Shown here piece by piece: positions 48,305 to 58,232 of a stretch of DNA of 64,000 bases. The DNA is from an uncultured Candidatus Saccharibacteria bacterium (GTDB taxonomy: Bacteria > Patescibacteriota > Minisyncoccia > Phycocordibacterales > UBA2100): contig CAYNRJ010000001.1 of assembly GCA_964399865.1 (NCBI GenBank), positions 67,727 through 131,726 of the forward strand, in the 5' to 3' direction. How positions within the stretch are numbered: position 1 is the stretch's first letter; the number at the start of each line of letters is the position of its first letter. The notes beneath the pieces were generated by a model that saw only the letters and a list, made by a program, of their open reading frames with translations, did no database searches and was not told where the DNA came from. A program made the position numbers and the translations under genes.

Positions 48305-48330
48305 AAAAAGGGCCTATCTGGGCCCTTTTT
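48305..48330. terminator. Bidirectional intrinsic terminator
   Basis: AAAAAGGGCC-TATCTG-GGCCCTTTTT. Confidence 0.75.
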
Positions 48331-48359
48331 GCTATCGGTGACGTGTTACAATTTTCCTA

Positions 48360-49772
48360 ATGATCCATTCCTATGATCAGGAGGGAATAATAACGACAGA
48401 CCAAATTCGAGAACAGCTCGGAGCTCTAAAAAAACTTGATTTCCATTCACTTGTCGATCAAACCTTCGGCAATGAGTGGGGAATTTCACGCGCACTCCTT
48501 CTTAGTCTTCTGTTTACAGGACTTCTTCTCATTTTGAATGAGATGGTCCCGAACCTTCCACTGTTTGCGTTTGAATGGGTTCTCGGCACGCTACCTCTAT
48601 GGCTCCCTGTCGTCGCAGTAGTTGGTGGATGGAGGTCCTGGATGTGGTGGGCGCGTGCTCACTATCTCTCAAAACAGAAAGCGATTTTACTTGAGGTGAA
48701 ATTTCCTCGCGAGATAACGAAATCTCCCCGAGCGATGGAGGCGGTACTCACACAAATGTGGACAGATTCTGGCGAGACAACATTTTTTAACCGTGTGTAT
48801 CAGGGTCAGGTTCGTCCCTACTTTTCCTTAGAGATCGTATCGTTCGGTGGGGAGGTGCATTTTTATATCTGGGCTCGTAAGGCATGGAAACACGTTGTCG
48901 AAGCCGCGATGTATGGGCAATATCCAGAAGTGGAACTTGTCGAGGTAGAAGATTACGCATCAAAATTTGCGTATGACCCTTCGAAGCATGAGTGCTTCTG
49001 TACTGACTGGCGACTCGAGCCTAGAAATGATGCATACATGATCAAGACCTACGTTGATTTTGAGCTCGATAAAGACCCGAAGGAGGAATATAAGATGGAT
49101 CCATTTGCCTCGGTGATCGAGCGCATGAGTCATCTCAAACCATCGGAACAGATGTGGATCCAAATAATCATCACAATGTCCCGTGACCAAACCTCAAGTC
49201 ATCACACCTGGTTTGAATCTGAGGACAGATATAAGACGCTCCTGCAGAACGAGGTTGATAATATTCGCAAAAGCTCGATGGGCGACATCAACAATCCTGC
49301 TGACAAATGGCGCTCGTATGTTCGTATCCCTCAGCAAAGGCAGGCGGATCAAATTCGCGCTATAGACCGTAATCTTACAAAATTACCGTTTAACGTGGGT
49401 TCGCGCGGTGTGTACATTGCAAATTCTCACGATTTCAACTCTGGCTCATACACGGGACTTCGCTGGATATGGAGACCTATGGCTAACCCTGTATCAGGTA
49501 ACCAAATGCGCCCTCGAAGATGGCATAACCCTATCGACTACCCATGGCAGGATCTATGGGGAATGCGAGACCGACTCATCACCAAACGATTCTTCGATGT
49601 GTATCGTCGTCGCTCGCATTTCTATACGCCATGGATATTCCCGCACAACATGATGTCGACAGAACCCCTCGCTACCCTTTGGCACCCACCATCAGCAACG
49701 GTCACGGCTCCTGGACTTGAACGTATTCCCGCGAAGAAGGCAGAGCCGCCGCCAAATTTGCCGCGACAATAA
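48360..49772 (+). CDS. Conserved-type hypothetical membrane protein
   Basis: Two N-terminal TMs, then LLEVKFPREITKSP.AME, FSLEIVS, YGQYPEVEL.EVEDY, LATLWHPP; function not assignable. Confidence 0.75.
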   Translation: MIHSYDQEGIITTDQIREQLGALKKLDFHSLVDQTFGNEWGISRALLLSLLFTGLLLILNEMVPNLPLFAFEWVLGTLPLWLPVVAVVGGWRSWMWWARAHYLSKQKAILLEVKFPREITKSPRAMEAVLTQMWTDSGETTFFNRVYQGQVRPYFSLEIVSFGGEVHFYIWARKAWKHVVEAAMYGQYPEVELVEVEDYASKFAYDPSKHECFCTDWRLEPRNDAYMIKTYVDFELDKDPKEEYKMDPFASVIERMSHLKPSEQMWIQIIITMSRDQTSSHHTWFESEDRYKTLLQNEVDNIRKSSMGDINNPADKWRSYVRIPQQRQADQIRAIDRNLTKLPFNVGSRGVYIANSHDFNSGSYTGLRWIWRPMANPVSGNQMRPRRWHNPIDYPWQDLWGMRDRLITKRFFDVYRRRSHFYTPWIFPHNMMSTEPLATLWHPPSATVTAPGLERIPAKKAEPPPNLPRQ

Positions 49773-49824
49773 TGGGATACGCGTGCTATCGACTCTCAAA
49801 ATACAGTCTCTATAATTACCTAAT

Positions 49825-50865
49825 ATGTCGACTATTAAAGATTTTTTTGCGCGCTGGTTTTTGACTGGTAAAACATATGCGCAAATAATTCTTGAGCGAT
49901 TTAGGACAAACCCCAATCAGCGCACGATAACGATCGTTGTAGTGGTATGTCTCATTTTTTTACTTTCGTACGTTTTCTTTATTCGTGCACCGAGAAATTT
50001 TCCGGCTGATCAGCTGGTGGAGATACCGGAGGGAATGTCGCTCTCACAGATAGCGACCCATTTAAAAGACGCTGAGGTCGTACGCTCAGCGCTAATTCTC
50101 CGCATTGCTGTTGTTGTTCTTGGCGATGAGCGCAACGTACAGTTTGGAGATTACCTTTTTGATACTCCAAAGAATGTATTTGTGGTCGCAAGAGCAATAG
50201 CAAGAGGTGCTCACGGACTTGAGCCTACTCGAGTGAGAGTTCCTGAGGGTGCTACCGTTGAAGAAATTACTGCTCTTTTTGAGCCGCACTTCCAGCGCTT
50301 TAACGCCTCCAGATTTATAGAAGAAGCAAAGCCACTAGAGGGATATCTTTTTCCTGACACGTATTTCTTTCTACCAAATGCTGATGACGAACTAATTCTT
50401 AGAACGCTTCGGGAGAGCTTTGATTCTCATTTGGCTGAACTTGCGAGCGAGATTATCGACTTTGAGAAACCAGTCAAAGATATAATTATCATGGCCTCAA
50501 TTTTGGAGCGCGAGGCTCACAACATGACTGACAGGCAAAAAATAGCGGGAGTTTTATGGGAGAGACTAGATCGTGGAATGCTGTTACAGGTAGACGCAAC
50601 CTTCTTATATTCAATCGGAAGGACGACGTTTGACCTCACAACAGCAGATCTGACGAGCAAGAACGATCCCTACAATACCTATGTAAATAGGGGACTTCCG
50701 CCAACACCGATTGGTAGTCCGTCGCTTAGCTCTATACGAGCGGCGGTGACGCCACTCAATCAAGGAGACTATCTCTTCTATCTGGCCGACCACAGTAACG
50801 TGACGCACTACAGTAAAACGTACGAAGAGCATCTGCGATTGAAACGTTTGTACCTAGATAGTTAG
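49825..50865 (+). CDS. mltG: Endolytic transglycosylase MltG
   Basis: TM, LEGYLFPDTY, ASILERE, LQVDAT, PYNTY..GLPPTPI. Confidence 0.95.
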   Translation: MSTIKDFFARWFLTGKTYAQIILERFRTNPNQRTITIVVVVCLIFLLSYVFFIRAPRNFPADQLVEIPEGMSLSQIATHLKDAEVVRSALILRIAVVVLGDERNVQFGDYLFDTPKNVFVVARAIARGAHGLEPTRVRVPEGATVEEITALFEPHFQRFNASRFIEEAKPLEGYLFPDTYFFLPNADDELILRTLRESFDSHLAELASEIIDFEKPVKDIIIMASILEREAHNMTDRQKIAGVLWERLDRGMLLQVDATFLYSIGRTTFDLTTADLTSKNDPYNTYVNRGLPPTPIGSPSLSSIRAAVTPLNQGDYLFYLADHSNVTHYSKTYEEHLRLKRLYLDS

Positions 50866-50906
50866 CGCGAGTGGTGCTTCCTCGCTAGTTGCTGTACAAC
50901 TTACAT

Positions 50907-51980
50907 ATGCAAACGGTTTTTGTCGGACTTTCTGGTGGGGTTGATTCCGCCGTTTCCGCTGCGCTTCTTAAGGGGCAGGGATATAACGTCGTGGGAGCGT
51001 TTATAAAAATATGGCAACCAGAATTTACTGAGTGCACGTGGAAAGAAGATAGACTCGACGCGATGCGTGTTTGTGTAGCACTCGGAATACCTTTCAAGGA
51101 GATTGATCTTTCCGATGAATACAAGAAAAACGTTGTCGAGGAGATGATTACCGGGTACGCGAAAGGGATTACACCAAATCCTGACGTACTTTGTAATCGT
51201 CACATTAAATTCGGGCCCCTTTGGAAGTGGGCAAAGGAAAACGGGGCGGACATGCTCGCAACAGGTCACTACGCACAGGTAGGAGTACAGGGCGACTCAA
51301 AAAATCTTCTACGCAGTCGCGACTTGGCTAAAGATCAATCCTATTTTCTATATCAACTAAATGAATCTGATCTTACGCACGTATTTTTTCCTGTCGGACA
51401 CATGACCAAACTTGAGGTGCGAGCGAAAGCTGCATCTTTAGACCTGCCTGTTGCAAGAAAAGGAGATAGCCAAGGTCTGTGTTTCGTTGGTGAGGTGAGC
51501 ATAAAAGATTTCCTGAAGCGTTTTATTTCAGTCGAATCCGGCCCTGTTGTGGACATGGACGGAAAAGTAATAGGCGAACATGAGGGAGCCGCGTTATACA
51601 CAGTGGGGCAGCGTCACGGATTCTCTGCGAACTCTGGTACAAGTGGCTCTCAGTATTTCATTGTTGGAATTGATGTGCCAAAAAATACACTGCAAGTATC
51701 GACGTCTCGCGAGGATGCGGCTGTAAAAGAAATTACGCTCAATGACGTGCATTGGATTAGCAAGAAGCCCATTTTTCCCCTTCGTGCACGGGTACAGGCT
51801 CGCTATCATGAGTCTCCAGTTGAAGCTGAAATATCAGAGAAAAACAGCACCGTGTTCGTGAAATTTGATTCCAAACATATCGCCGCACCGGGCCAATCTC
51901 TTGTGATGTATGTTTCGAATGAAGGAGGTGTCGGCGAAAAATGTCTAGGGGGCGGGGTAATTAACAGTCCCCAGAGCTAG
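50907..51980 (+). CDS. mnmA: tRNA 2-thiouridylase MnmA
   Basis: SGGVDS, TPNPDVLCN..IKFG, ATGHYA, KDQSYFL, DSQGLCFVG, APGQ. Confidence 0.98.
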   Translation: MQTVFVGLSGGVDSAVSAALLKGQGYNVVGAFIKIWQPEFTECTWKEDRLDAMRVCVALGIPFKEIDLSDEYKKNVVEEMITGYAKGITPNPDVLCNRHIKFGPLWKWAKENGADMLATGHYAQVGVQGDSKNLLRSRDLAKDQSYFLYQLNESDLTHVFFPVGHMTKLEVRAKAASLDLPVARKGDSQGLCFVGEVSIKDFLKRFISVESGPVVDMDGKVIGEHEGAALYTVGQRHGFSANSGTSGSQYFIVGIDVPKNTLQVSTSREDAAVKEITLNDVHWISKKPIFPLRARVQARYHESPVEAEISEKNSTVFVKFDSKHIAAPGQSLVMYVSNEGGVGEKCLGGGVINSPQS

Positions 51981-52009
51981 ACTCGCTTTCGAGAGGCTAT
52001 ACTGACTAT

Positions 52010-52411
52010 ATGCCGGATTTGGTGCGGCGATTGTTTGAGTTTGCGATCTTCGCAACCTGCGCGGCATTCTTCGCGTTCTTTCTTGCGGAGAAGGGGATGT
52101 CAGTGTTTGCAGATGAAAGTAACACGCTGGTGCACGTGAGGGATGTGGTCGGCCCAGGAGTGCACGAACTTTCAGGGATGATTATGCTCGATTCCATTTG
52201 CGAGCAACTGCGAGTAGATAGTGAGAAACGGACACCAACTCACTACCATCTACGGATCAAGACCTGGACTGAACCGTATCGAGACTGTGTAAGCGAAGAA
52301 ACTCCACGGAAATTTCAAACAACCGTCTTTGCTCCCGCGTACGGCGTGATGTTTACCGCAGAACTCGACGGATCACCTCTCGAAATAGCTGTAATCCCAA
52401 TACTGCAATAA
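52010..52411 (+). CDS. Hypothetical exported protein
   Basis: N-terminal TM then a beta-rich domain with two Cys; ATG 6 nt after TATACT. Confidence 0.65.
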   Translation: MPDLVRRLFEFAIFATCAAFFAFFLAEKGMSVFADESNTLVHVRDVVGPGVHELSGMIMLDSICEQLRVDSEKRTPTHYHLRIKTWTEPYRDCVSEETPRKFQTTVFAPAYGVMFTAELDGSPLEIAVIPILQ

Positions 52412-52416
52412 TTTTT

Positions 52417-53292
52417 ATGACGATCACACAAAACAGAATTCCCTCAGCCCCAGTCGTATCAGTGCCGCATTCCGCTGTATTAATTACAAAGGCAGACGGT
52501 GAACAGGAACCTTTTGATGCGGGGAAGCTCGAACAATCGCTCGAGCACGCTGGCGCAAGCTCTACCGTGCGTGCGCGCGTTACAGCAAAAGTCCTCCATG
52601 AACTCCGACCAGGGATTACGACCGAGGAAATCTATAGACACGCCTTCGAGATGCTCCAGATGGAAGAGAATACGCCCGTAGCAGCACGCTATTCGGTAAA
52701 GCGGGCAGTGTTTGATCTGGGGCCATCAGGATTTCCATTTGAGCAATTTCTTGCGGAAGTATTTCGAGCTCATGGATGGACCGCGCGAACTGGAGCTGCA
52801 TTAACAGGCCGCTGCGCTCCGCATGAGGTGGATGTACTACTCGAGAAAAAGGGGAAGCGTGTCGGTATTGAAGCAAAGTTCCACAACGAGCCAGGCGGAA
52901 AGACCGACATTAAGGATGCACTATATGTGTATGCAAGATACGAGGATCTGAAGCGCGCTCCTGATGCATCTTCGCGCGTGGACGAGGGCTGGCTTGTCAC
53001 TAATACACGCTTTACGCGAAATGCCGTGCGATATGCACAGTGCTCAAATTTAACGTTACTTGGCTGGGATTACCCTCGCGGGCGAAATCTGATGACTCTT
53101 ATCGAGGAAGCGCGCGTTCATCCACTCACGTGCCTTACAACTCTCTCGCAGGGTGAAAAAAAGCAATTACTCGATAGTAATATTGTTCTCTGTAAAAGTG
53201 TTTCGACGAAGCATCTTCTTGAGGAATATGGCGTAAAGCCAGCCCGTATCGGCGCAGTCTTAGATGAAGCTAAGCAGCTGTGCGGAATTTAA
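52417..53292 (+). CDS. ATP-cone plus restriction-endonuclease-like (Mrr-type PD-(D/E)XK) protein
   Basis: ITKADGEQEPFD..KL..SL ATP cone; GFPFEQF, HEVDV...IEAKFH, LVTNTRFT. Confidence 0.85.
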   Translation: MTITQNRIPSAPVVSVPHSAVLITKADGEQEPFDAGKLEQSLEHAGASSTVRARVTAKVLHELRPGITTEEIYRHAFEMLQMEENTPVAARYSVKRAVFDLGPSGFPFEQFLAEVFRAHGWTARTGAALTGRCAPHEVDVLLEKKGKRVGIEAKFHNEPGGKTDIKDALYVYARYEDLKRAPDASSRVDEGWLVTNTRFTRNAVRYAQCSNLTLLGWDYPRGRNLMTLIEEARVHPLTCLTTLSQGEKKQLLDSNIVLCKSVSTKHLLEEYGVKPARIGAVLDEAKQLCGI

Positions 53293-53311
53293 TTAGTGAT
53301 ACAATCGCGTT

Positions 53312-53803
53312 ATGCCATCAGTCGAAACCTTCATGGATCCGAACGCAGTACTCTTTGCGAAGCTTTTTATTGCAATGATACTTGGCGGACTTATTGGTAC
53401 TGAGCGAGCGATCTTGGCTAGGCAAGCAGCAGGGACTCGCACATTTGGACTTGTAGCCCTCGGCGCGTGTCTTTTTATAGTGATTGGCAACTATGTCGAT
53501 TCCGCATACATAGGAATACTGAATTTTGATCCTATGCGCACAGCTGCAGCGATAATCATGGGGATTGGTTTTCTTGCAGGAGGACTCATTATCTTCCGCG
53601 GAGACGCTCTCCATGGCGTTACAACAGCTGCTGGACTCTGGATAGTCACGGGTGTGGGAATGGCGGTCGGGTTTGGCATGTACGCGATAGCAATTTTCAG
53701 CACAATTCTGAGCCTAATCATGTTTACAGGTATGTGGTACGTGGAAAATCGTTTCAAGCATTGGTTCGAGCAGCACGAAGGAAATGGTGGAGCGCACGTA
53801 TAA
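53312..53803 (+). CDS. MgtC/SapB family membrane protein
   Basis: GGLIGTER, AGTRTF, GIGFLAGG.I, GVTTAAGLW. Confidence 0.93.
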   Translation: MPSVETFMDPNAVLFAKLFIAMILGGLIGTERAILARQAAGTRTFGLVALGACLFIVIGNYVDSAYIGILNFDPMRTAAAIIMGIGFLAGGLIIFRGDALHGVTTAAGLWIVTGVGMAVGFGMYAIAIFSTILSLIMFTGMWYVENRFKHWFEQHEGNGGAHV

Positions 53804-53844
53804 CGATTTGCGCTACCCAAAAATGAGTGCTGTATACTATCGCC

Positions 53845-54648
53845 ATGGCGGAGTATACGAAGAAATATAATCCCGACCGCAGTCCCGGCTGGAATTACGG
53901 GGGCCCGAAATGGCGCCTTTCTCGTTCCAAAATTGAAGCGTATACAGAATGTCCACGCTGCTTTTATCTTGATAACAAGCTCGGCACTGCTCGTCCACGT
54001 GGCCCTGCGTTCACACTAAACGTTGCAGTCGACGCGCTTTTCAAGAAAGAGTTCGATATTCACCGCGCGAATGGCACAACGCACCCACTTATGGAGAAAT
54101 ACGGTGTTGATGCAGTACCATATCAGCACAAAGATATCGATATTTGGAGAGAAAATTTCAAAGGACTCGAAGTTCTTCATAAGCCGACTGGATTTACAGT
54201 TTCCGGCGCAGTCGATGATATTTGGCAGGATCCTTCAGGACAACTTATGGTCGTCGACTACAAGGCGACTTCTAAAGCCGGCACTATTGAATCGCTCGCT
54301 GACTCGAGCTGGGAAGAGCAATACAAGCGTCAAATGGGAATCTATCAGTGGCTCTTGCGTCAAAAAGGTTTTCCTGTGTCTAAAACTGGATACTTTGTGT
54401 ACGCGAACGCAACGACGGACAAAGAGGCGTTTGATGCGCAGCTCGAATTCGAAGTTACATTGATCGCAGTCGAGGGACAGTCCGATTGGATTGATGATCT
54501 TCTGCCCGAGATAAAGAAATGCCTCGACAGCGATAATATTCCACCGATAGGAGAATTTTGCGAATTCTGTCCGTACCGTGAAGCTGCAGGGAAGAAGCTC
54601 GCGGGTATGTTGAAGGCAAAGAAAGGTAACGGCACACTAGGGATATGA
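53845..54648 (+). CDS. PD-(D/E)XK nuclease (RecB/Cas4-like)
   Basis: LSRSKI..CPRCFY, GAVDD, VVDYK, QMGIY, C-terminal CEFCPY. Confidence 0.88.
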   Translation: MAEYTKKYNPDRSPGWNYGGPKWRLSRSKIEAYTECPRCFYLDNKLGTARPRGPAFTLNVAVDALFKKEFDIHRANGTTHPLMEKYGVDAVPYQHKDIDIWRENFKGLEVLHKPTGFTVSGAVDDIWQDPSGQLMVVDYKATSKAGTIESLADSSWEEQYKRQMGIYQWLLRQKGFPVSKTGYFVYANATTDKEAFDAQLEFEVTLIAVEGQSDWIDDLLPEIKKCLDSDNIPPIGEFCEFCPYREAAGKKLAGMLKAKKGNGTLGI

Positions 54649-54899
54649 CGTTTGCCGACAAAGTTCGACAAATCGTTAAGAAAATTCCAAAAGGGAAGAC
54701 GATGACGTATGCCGAAGTGGCTCGAAAAGCCGGGAACGCGAAAGCCGCTCGAGCAGTAGGTGCCGTCATGCGAGCAAATTATGACGAAAGCATTCCATGT
54801 CACCGCGTTGTTAAATCCGATGGCTCACTCGGAAACTACAACAGGGGCGGATCTCTTAAGAAGCAATTTATCTTAAGAGAAGAGGGTGCGCTTAGTTAA
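54645..54899 (+). CDS. Stand-alone MGMT/Ogt C-terminal domain protein
   Basis: IPKGKTMTY..VA, ARAVG, IPCHRVV with the active-site Cys. Confidence 0.93.
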   Translation: MTFADKVRQIVKKIPKGKTMTYAEVARKAGNAKAARAVGAVMRANYDESIPCHRVVKSDGSLGNYNRGGSLKKQFILREEGALS

Positions 54900-56352
54900 A
54901 CTGAATGTTCTTGAACTGCCAAGGATCAGTTTTATCTATATCCTCTGGAAAGTATGGCTCACGGCCTTTGATCGGGTTCCAGTCTGTGTATGCGCCGGTC
55001 ATTTTGCCCATGTACGGTTCGATTATTTCCATCACACGCTCGAAATCCATCTCATCCGCCTCAACAACCCCCGCGCGAGGATTTTCCATCGCCCAGATCA
55101 TGCCGCCCAGGACTCCTGCTGTCACCTGAAGACCCGTCGCATTTTGATATGGCGCGAGCTTTCTCGTCTCGTCAATCGTAAGTTGTGAACCGTACCAATA
55201 GGCGTTTTTCTTATGACCCATGACGAGGACTCCGAGCTCGTCCATACCACTTACAATGTCGTCCATGAGGATGAGCTGCTCCTTCTGTAATTCAAAATTA
55301 TTTCCGAAACATTCTTCGATCGAAAGAATTGACGCATCACATGATCGGTATGCGTAGTGGACAGTTGGTCGATACGTCGCCTTTCCTTTCGCATCTTTGA
55401 TGCTGTAGTAATCAGCAATGGATACAGATTCGTTATGAGTCACCGCGCGCCCGAGGAAGGGACCATGCTTAGGCGTCCAGGTACGCACCAGTGTCTTTGC
55501 GCCCGGTTGGTCGAGATAGATGGAAGCGCCAGAGCCATATGGATGCTGATGTCCGCCACGGGGAAGTTGTTTTTCATGGGTACCCCAACCAAGTTCGCAT
55601 GGCTGGCAGACACCCTCTGAATGAAATCCGAACACTGACCAAGTATTCTCGAATCTCCCGACTTTTTTTGGCTTGTCGGTTACCTGGGAGTCATACTCCG
55701 CGATGTGCACTGCCTTGACGCCGAGGTGTTGCATGAGCGCTGCCCATTCCTCGCGCTCCTTTGGTGGTTTGATAGGGAAGTGGACGTCACGTGCAATCTG
55801 AAGGAGCGCCGCTTTCAAAAAGTGCGACACGATCCCTGGGTTGGCTCCGTGAGTTGATACAGCTGTTGGTCCTCCTGCGAATTTCTTCTTAAGAGGGAGC
55901 ATCGCTTCTCGAAGTCCATAATTTGAACGCTCCGTAATGGAAAGTTTCGGATCTGTGTAGCCACCAAGCCACGGCTCCACAACGGTATCCAAGTAAAGAA
56001 TGTCTCGCTTATTGCAATACTCCATCAAATCGATAGAAGAAACGTCCACCGAGAGATTCAGGAGGAAATCGCCCGGTGCAAGATACTTATCCAAAACCTG
56101 CTTGTAGTTATCTTTTCGAAGTGGATCAATAGTAAATTTAACGCCCTCTTCTCTTGCTACCGCTTTTCCAAGATTATCTGCCGCGATGACGGATATTCTT
56201 TTCTTATCAATACCAATATGTCTTAAAATAAGCGGCAAAACTCCCTGACCAATTGATCCGAGACCCACGATAAGGATCTTCCCTGGGAAAGTTACGTGCA
56301 CTTTATATTTCTTCTCTGCCTTGACGGACTTCTTCTGCCACATTTTTTGCAT
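54892..56352 (-). CDS. hss: Homospermidine synthase
   Basis: GLGSIG, LNLSVDVSS, YLDTVVEPW, GANPG.VS, NTWSV.GF, THNE, YRPTVHYAY, NATGLQV, DPWQF. Confidence 0.93.
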   Translation of the reverse strand: MQKMWQKKSVKAEKKYKVHVTFPGKILIVGLGSIGQGVLPLILRHIGIDKKRISVIAADNLGKAVAREEGVKFTIDPLRKDNYKQVLDKYLAPGDFLLNLSVDVSSIDLMEYCNKRDILYLDTVVEPWLGGYTDPKLSITERSNYGLREAMLPLKKKFAGGPTAVSTHGANPGIVSHFLKAALLQIARDVHFPIKPPKEREEWAALMQHLGVKAVHIAEYDSQVTDKPKKVGRFENTWSVFGFHSEGVCQPCELGWGTHEKQLPRGGHQHPYGSGASIYLDQPGAKTLVRTWTPKHGPFLGRAVTHNESVSIADYYSIKDAKGKATYRPTVHYAYRSCDASILSIEECFGNNFELQKEQLILMDDIVSGMDELGVLVMGHKKNAYWYGSQLTIDETRKLAPYQNATGLQVTAGVLGGMIWAMENPRAGVVEADEMDFERVMEIIEPYMGKMTGAYTDWNPIKGREPYFPEDIDKTDPWQFKNIQFN

Positions 56353-56429
56353 TACTTAGTGATGTAAATAAGTTGTACTCACAAATCTCTATCCGCCTTT
56401 ATAACATGCTCACCGCAAAATACACGGGG

Positions 56430-57470
56430 TTATCCCTGTTTTTGCTCCCCAGTGATTCGAGAGTAGTAAAACTTCCACGTTAGGGACGCAATCCAGTCGT
56501 ACATTTCGACGATCAAATTTTTTCCTTCAGGGCCGCGAGCGGCTATCGCTGGGCATCCGATACGTGAACGATCTTCAGTAGGTAGAGATAGCTCGTTTTT
56601 AACAGCACTCGTAATGGCCGTGAGATAGTCTGGTTTCAGATCCAAGTAGTACGAGCCGTTTTTTTCTCGAATATCAAGGCCATGCATCCTTGAGGTTTCT
56701 TCTCGCGCATCACCCTTAATGATCCGCTCCTGAATCGTACTAAAAGCACTCGCTTCGAGGGACGCGAGGTACAACACAAATTCGCGACCAGCCTCGGTGA
56801 GCTTTCGGAGCTCGTCATTCGAGGGCATACGGCCAAACTTTTCATTAAACGTCCTAGGTATCGCTTCAAGAAGTGTGAAAGAGAGCTCAGTCGCAGTATC
56901 GAGCCCACCCCATACGTGTTTCTCAGGCGTAGACATATCATTTTCTATAGCGCGGCCCGAGAGAAGCAGTAGATCGCTATATCTTGCGAATGCTCTCGCC
57001 TCGTACGAGGGTTTTCCGTTTACCTCAATGGGGGCATCGTGTGTTTTCTCAAAAAATTCTTCTGCCTGGGCATACAAAGTATCGAAGCAAAGCTTCCGCA
57101 TATATTGCAATCCCCGACTCGGATCCTTTTCGAACATTCGCTCGACCTCTTCGTACGGAACAGGAACAAATGTGCTGTTGATAAAACGGCCCGATCCAAG
57201 CGTAAGCGGGTTCTCCTTCATCCAGTTCGTTGCATTCTTCCAAATATGTTCTGCAAAATGAGCCGCCATCGCGTTTATCTCTGCATAATTAGAGAGTTTT
57301 CTCGCTTCGGTAAGAGAGTCGTCGCTGTGAGTAGCTAAAGTATCCACTGTGCTGCGAATATTTTCTTTCGGTATTGCGTCCATCAGTGCCTTCATAGACG
57401 CGCGTAGACCTACATCAACTTCAGAATCCCTCTTCTCGATAGTAGAAGCAGTCACGCGTTCGAAGTTCAT
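56430..57470 (-). CDS. Hypothetical protein
   Basis: Long helical ORF; ATG 57470 lies 6 nt after TACTAT; C-terminal RIGCPA motif. Confidence 0.65.
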   Translation of the reverse strand: MNFERVTASTIEKRDSEVDVGLRASMKALMDAIPKENIRSTVDTLATHSDDSLTEARKLSNYAEINAMAAHFAEHIWKNATNWMKENPLTLGSGRFINSTFVPVPYEEVERMFEKDPSRGLQYMRKLCFDTLYAQAEEFFEKTHDAPIEVNGKPSYEARAFARYSDLLLLSGRAIENDMSTPEKHVWGGLDTATELSFTLLEAIPRTFNEKFGRMPSNDELRKLTEAGREFVLYLASLEASAFSTIQERIIKGDAREETSRMHGLDIREKNGSYYLDLKPDYLTAITSAVKNELSLPTEDRSRIGCPAIAARGPEGKNLIVEMYDWIASLTWKFYYSRITGEQKQG

Positions 57471-57516
57471 GGTGCAATAGTACGGCCCGCAGGGGATTCT
57501 GTATATACTGGTATCA

Positions 57517-58197
57517 ATGAATACCGGTACAGATGTGAAAATCGAGCCGTCCTGGAAGGAAGCTCTCAAAGATGAGTTCGGCAAAGAGTACTGGACGAAG
57601 CTGACGGAATTTGTGAAAGGGGAATACAGCCATGCGATCGTATATCCTCCGCCGAGAAACATATTTCGTGCGTTTGAGCTCTGTCCATTCGACAAAGTAG
57701 AGGTAGTAATCCTTGGGCAAGATCCATATCACGGAGCGAATCAAGCAAATGGGCTCTGTTTTGCGGTGAGCGAGGGTGTACCACTGCCTCCGTCGCTTCA
57801 AAATATATTTAAGGAGATTGAAAGTGACCTCGGAAAACCACTCGAACACCGAACAGGGGATTTGGAACGCTGGGCGAAACAAGGTGTCCTTCTTTTAAAT
57901 GCCACGCTCACTGTAAAGGCGCGCGCAGCAGGCTCTCATCAAGGAAAAGGCTGGGAAGAATTCACCGATGCCGTGATTCGTGTCCTCTCGGAAAAGAAAA
58001 AGAATCTCGTATTCATTCTGTGGGGTAACTACGCCAAATCTAAGGGCGCTCACATTGATCGCACTAAGCACTGTGTCATCGAATCACCGCACCCTTCGCC
58101 ATTCTCCGCTTACAACGGCTTTTTTGGATCAAAGCCATTCAGCAAGACGAACGAGTATCTGGCGGCAAACAACAAAAAACCCATCGATTGGCTCTAA
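57517..58197 (+). CDS. ung: Uracil-DNA glycosylase family 1
   Basis: ILGQDPYH, PPSLQNI, GVLLLN, HPSP. Confidence 0.98.
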   Translation: MNTGTDVKIEPSWKEALKDEFGKEYWTKLTEFVKGEYSHAIVYPPPRNIFRAFELCPFDKVEVVILGQDPYHGANQANGLCFAVSEGVPLPPSLQNIFKEIESDLGKPLEHRTGDLERWAKQGVLLLNATLTVKARAAGSHQGKGWEEFTDAVIRVLSEKKKNLVFILWGNYAKSKGAHIDRTKHCVIESPHPSPFSAYNGFFGSKPFSKTNEYLAANNKKPIDWL

Positions 58198-58232
58198 GAT
58201 TACGTCGATGAGATGTCATCTCATCCCGTTTT

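Noticed and set aside
53845-54648. Cas4 of a CRISPR-Cas system
   Set aside because: No cas1/cas2 or repeat-spacer array in the window; treated as a solo PD-(D/E)XK nuclease.
57471-57695. Long N-terminal extensions in the ORF track (also 59505-59711, 60053-60235, 37083-37274, 42065-42172)
   Set aside because: They overlap neighbouring genes or promoters; downstream ATGs fit the protein families and the -10 spacing pattern.
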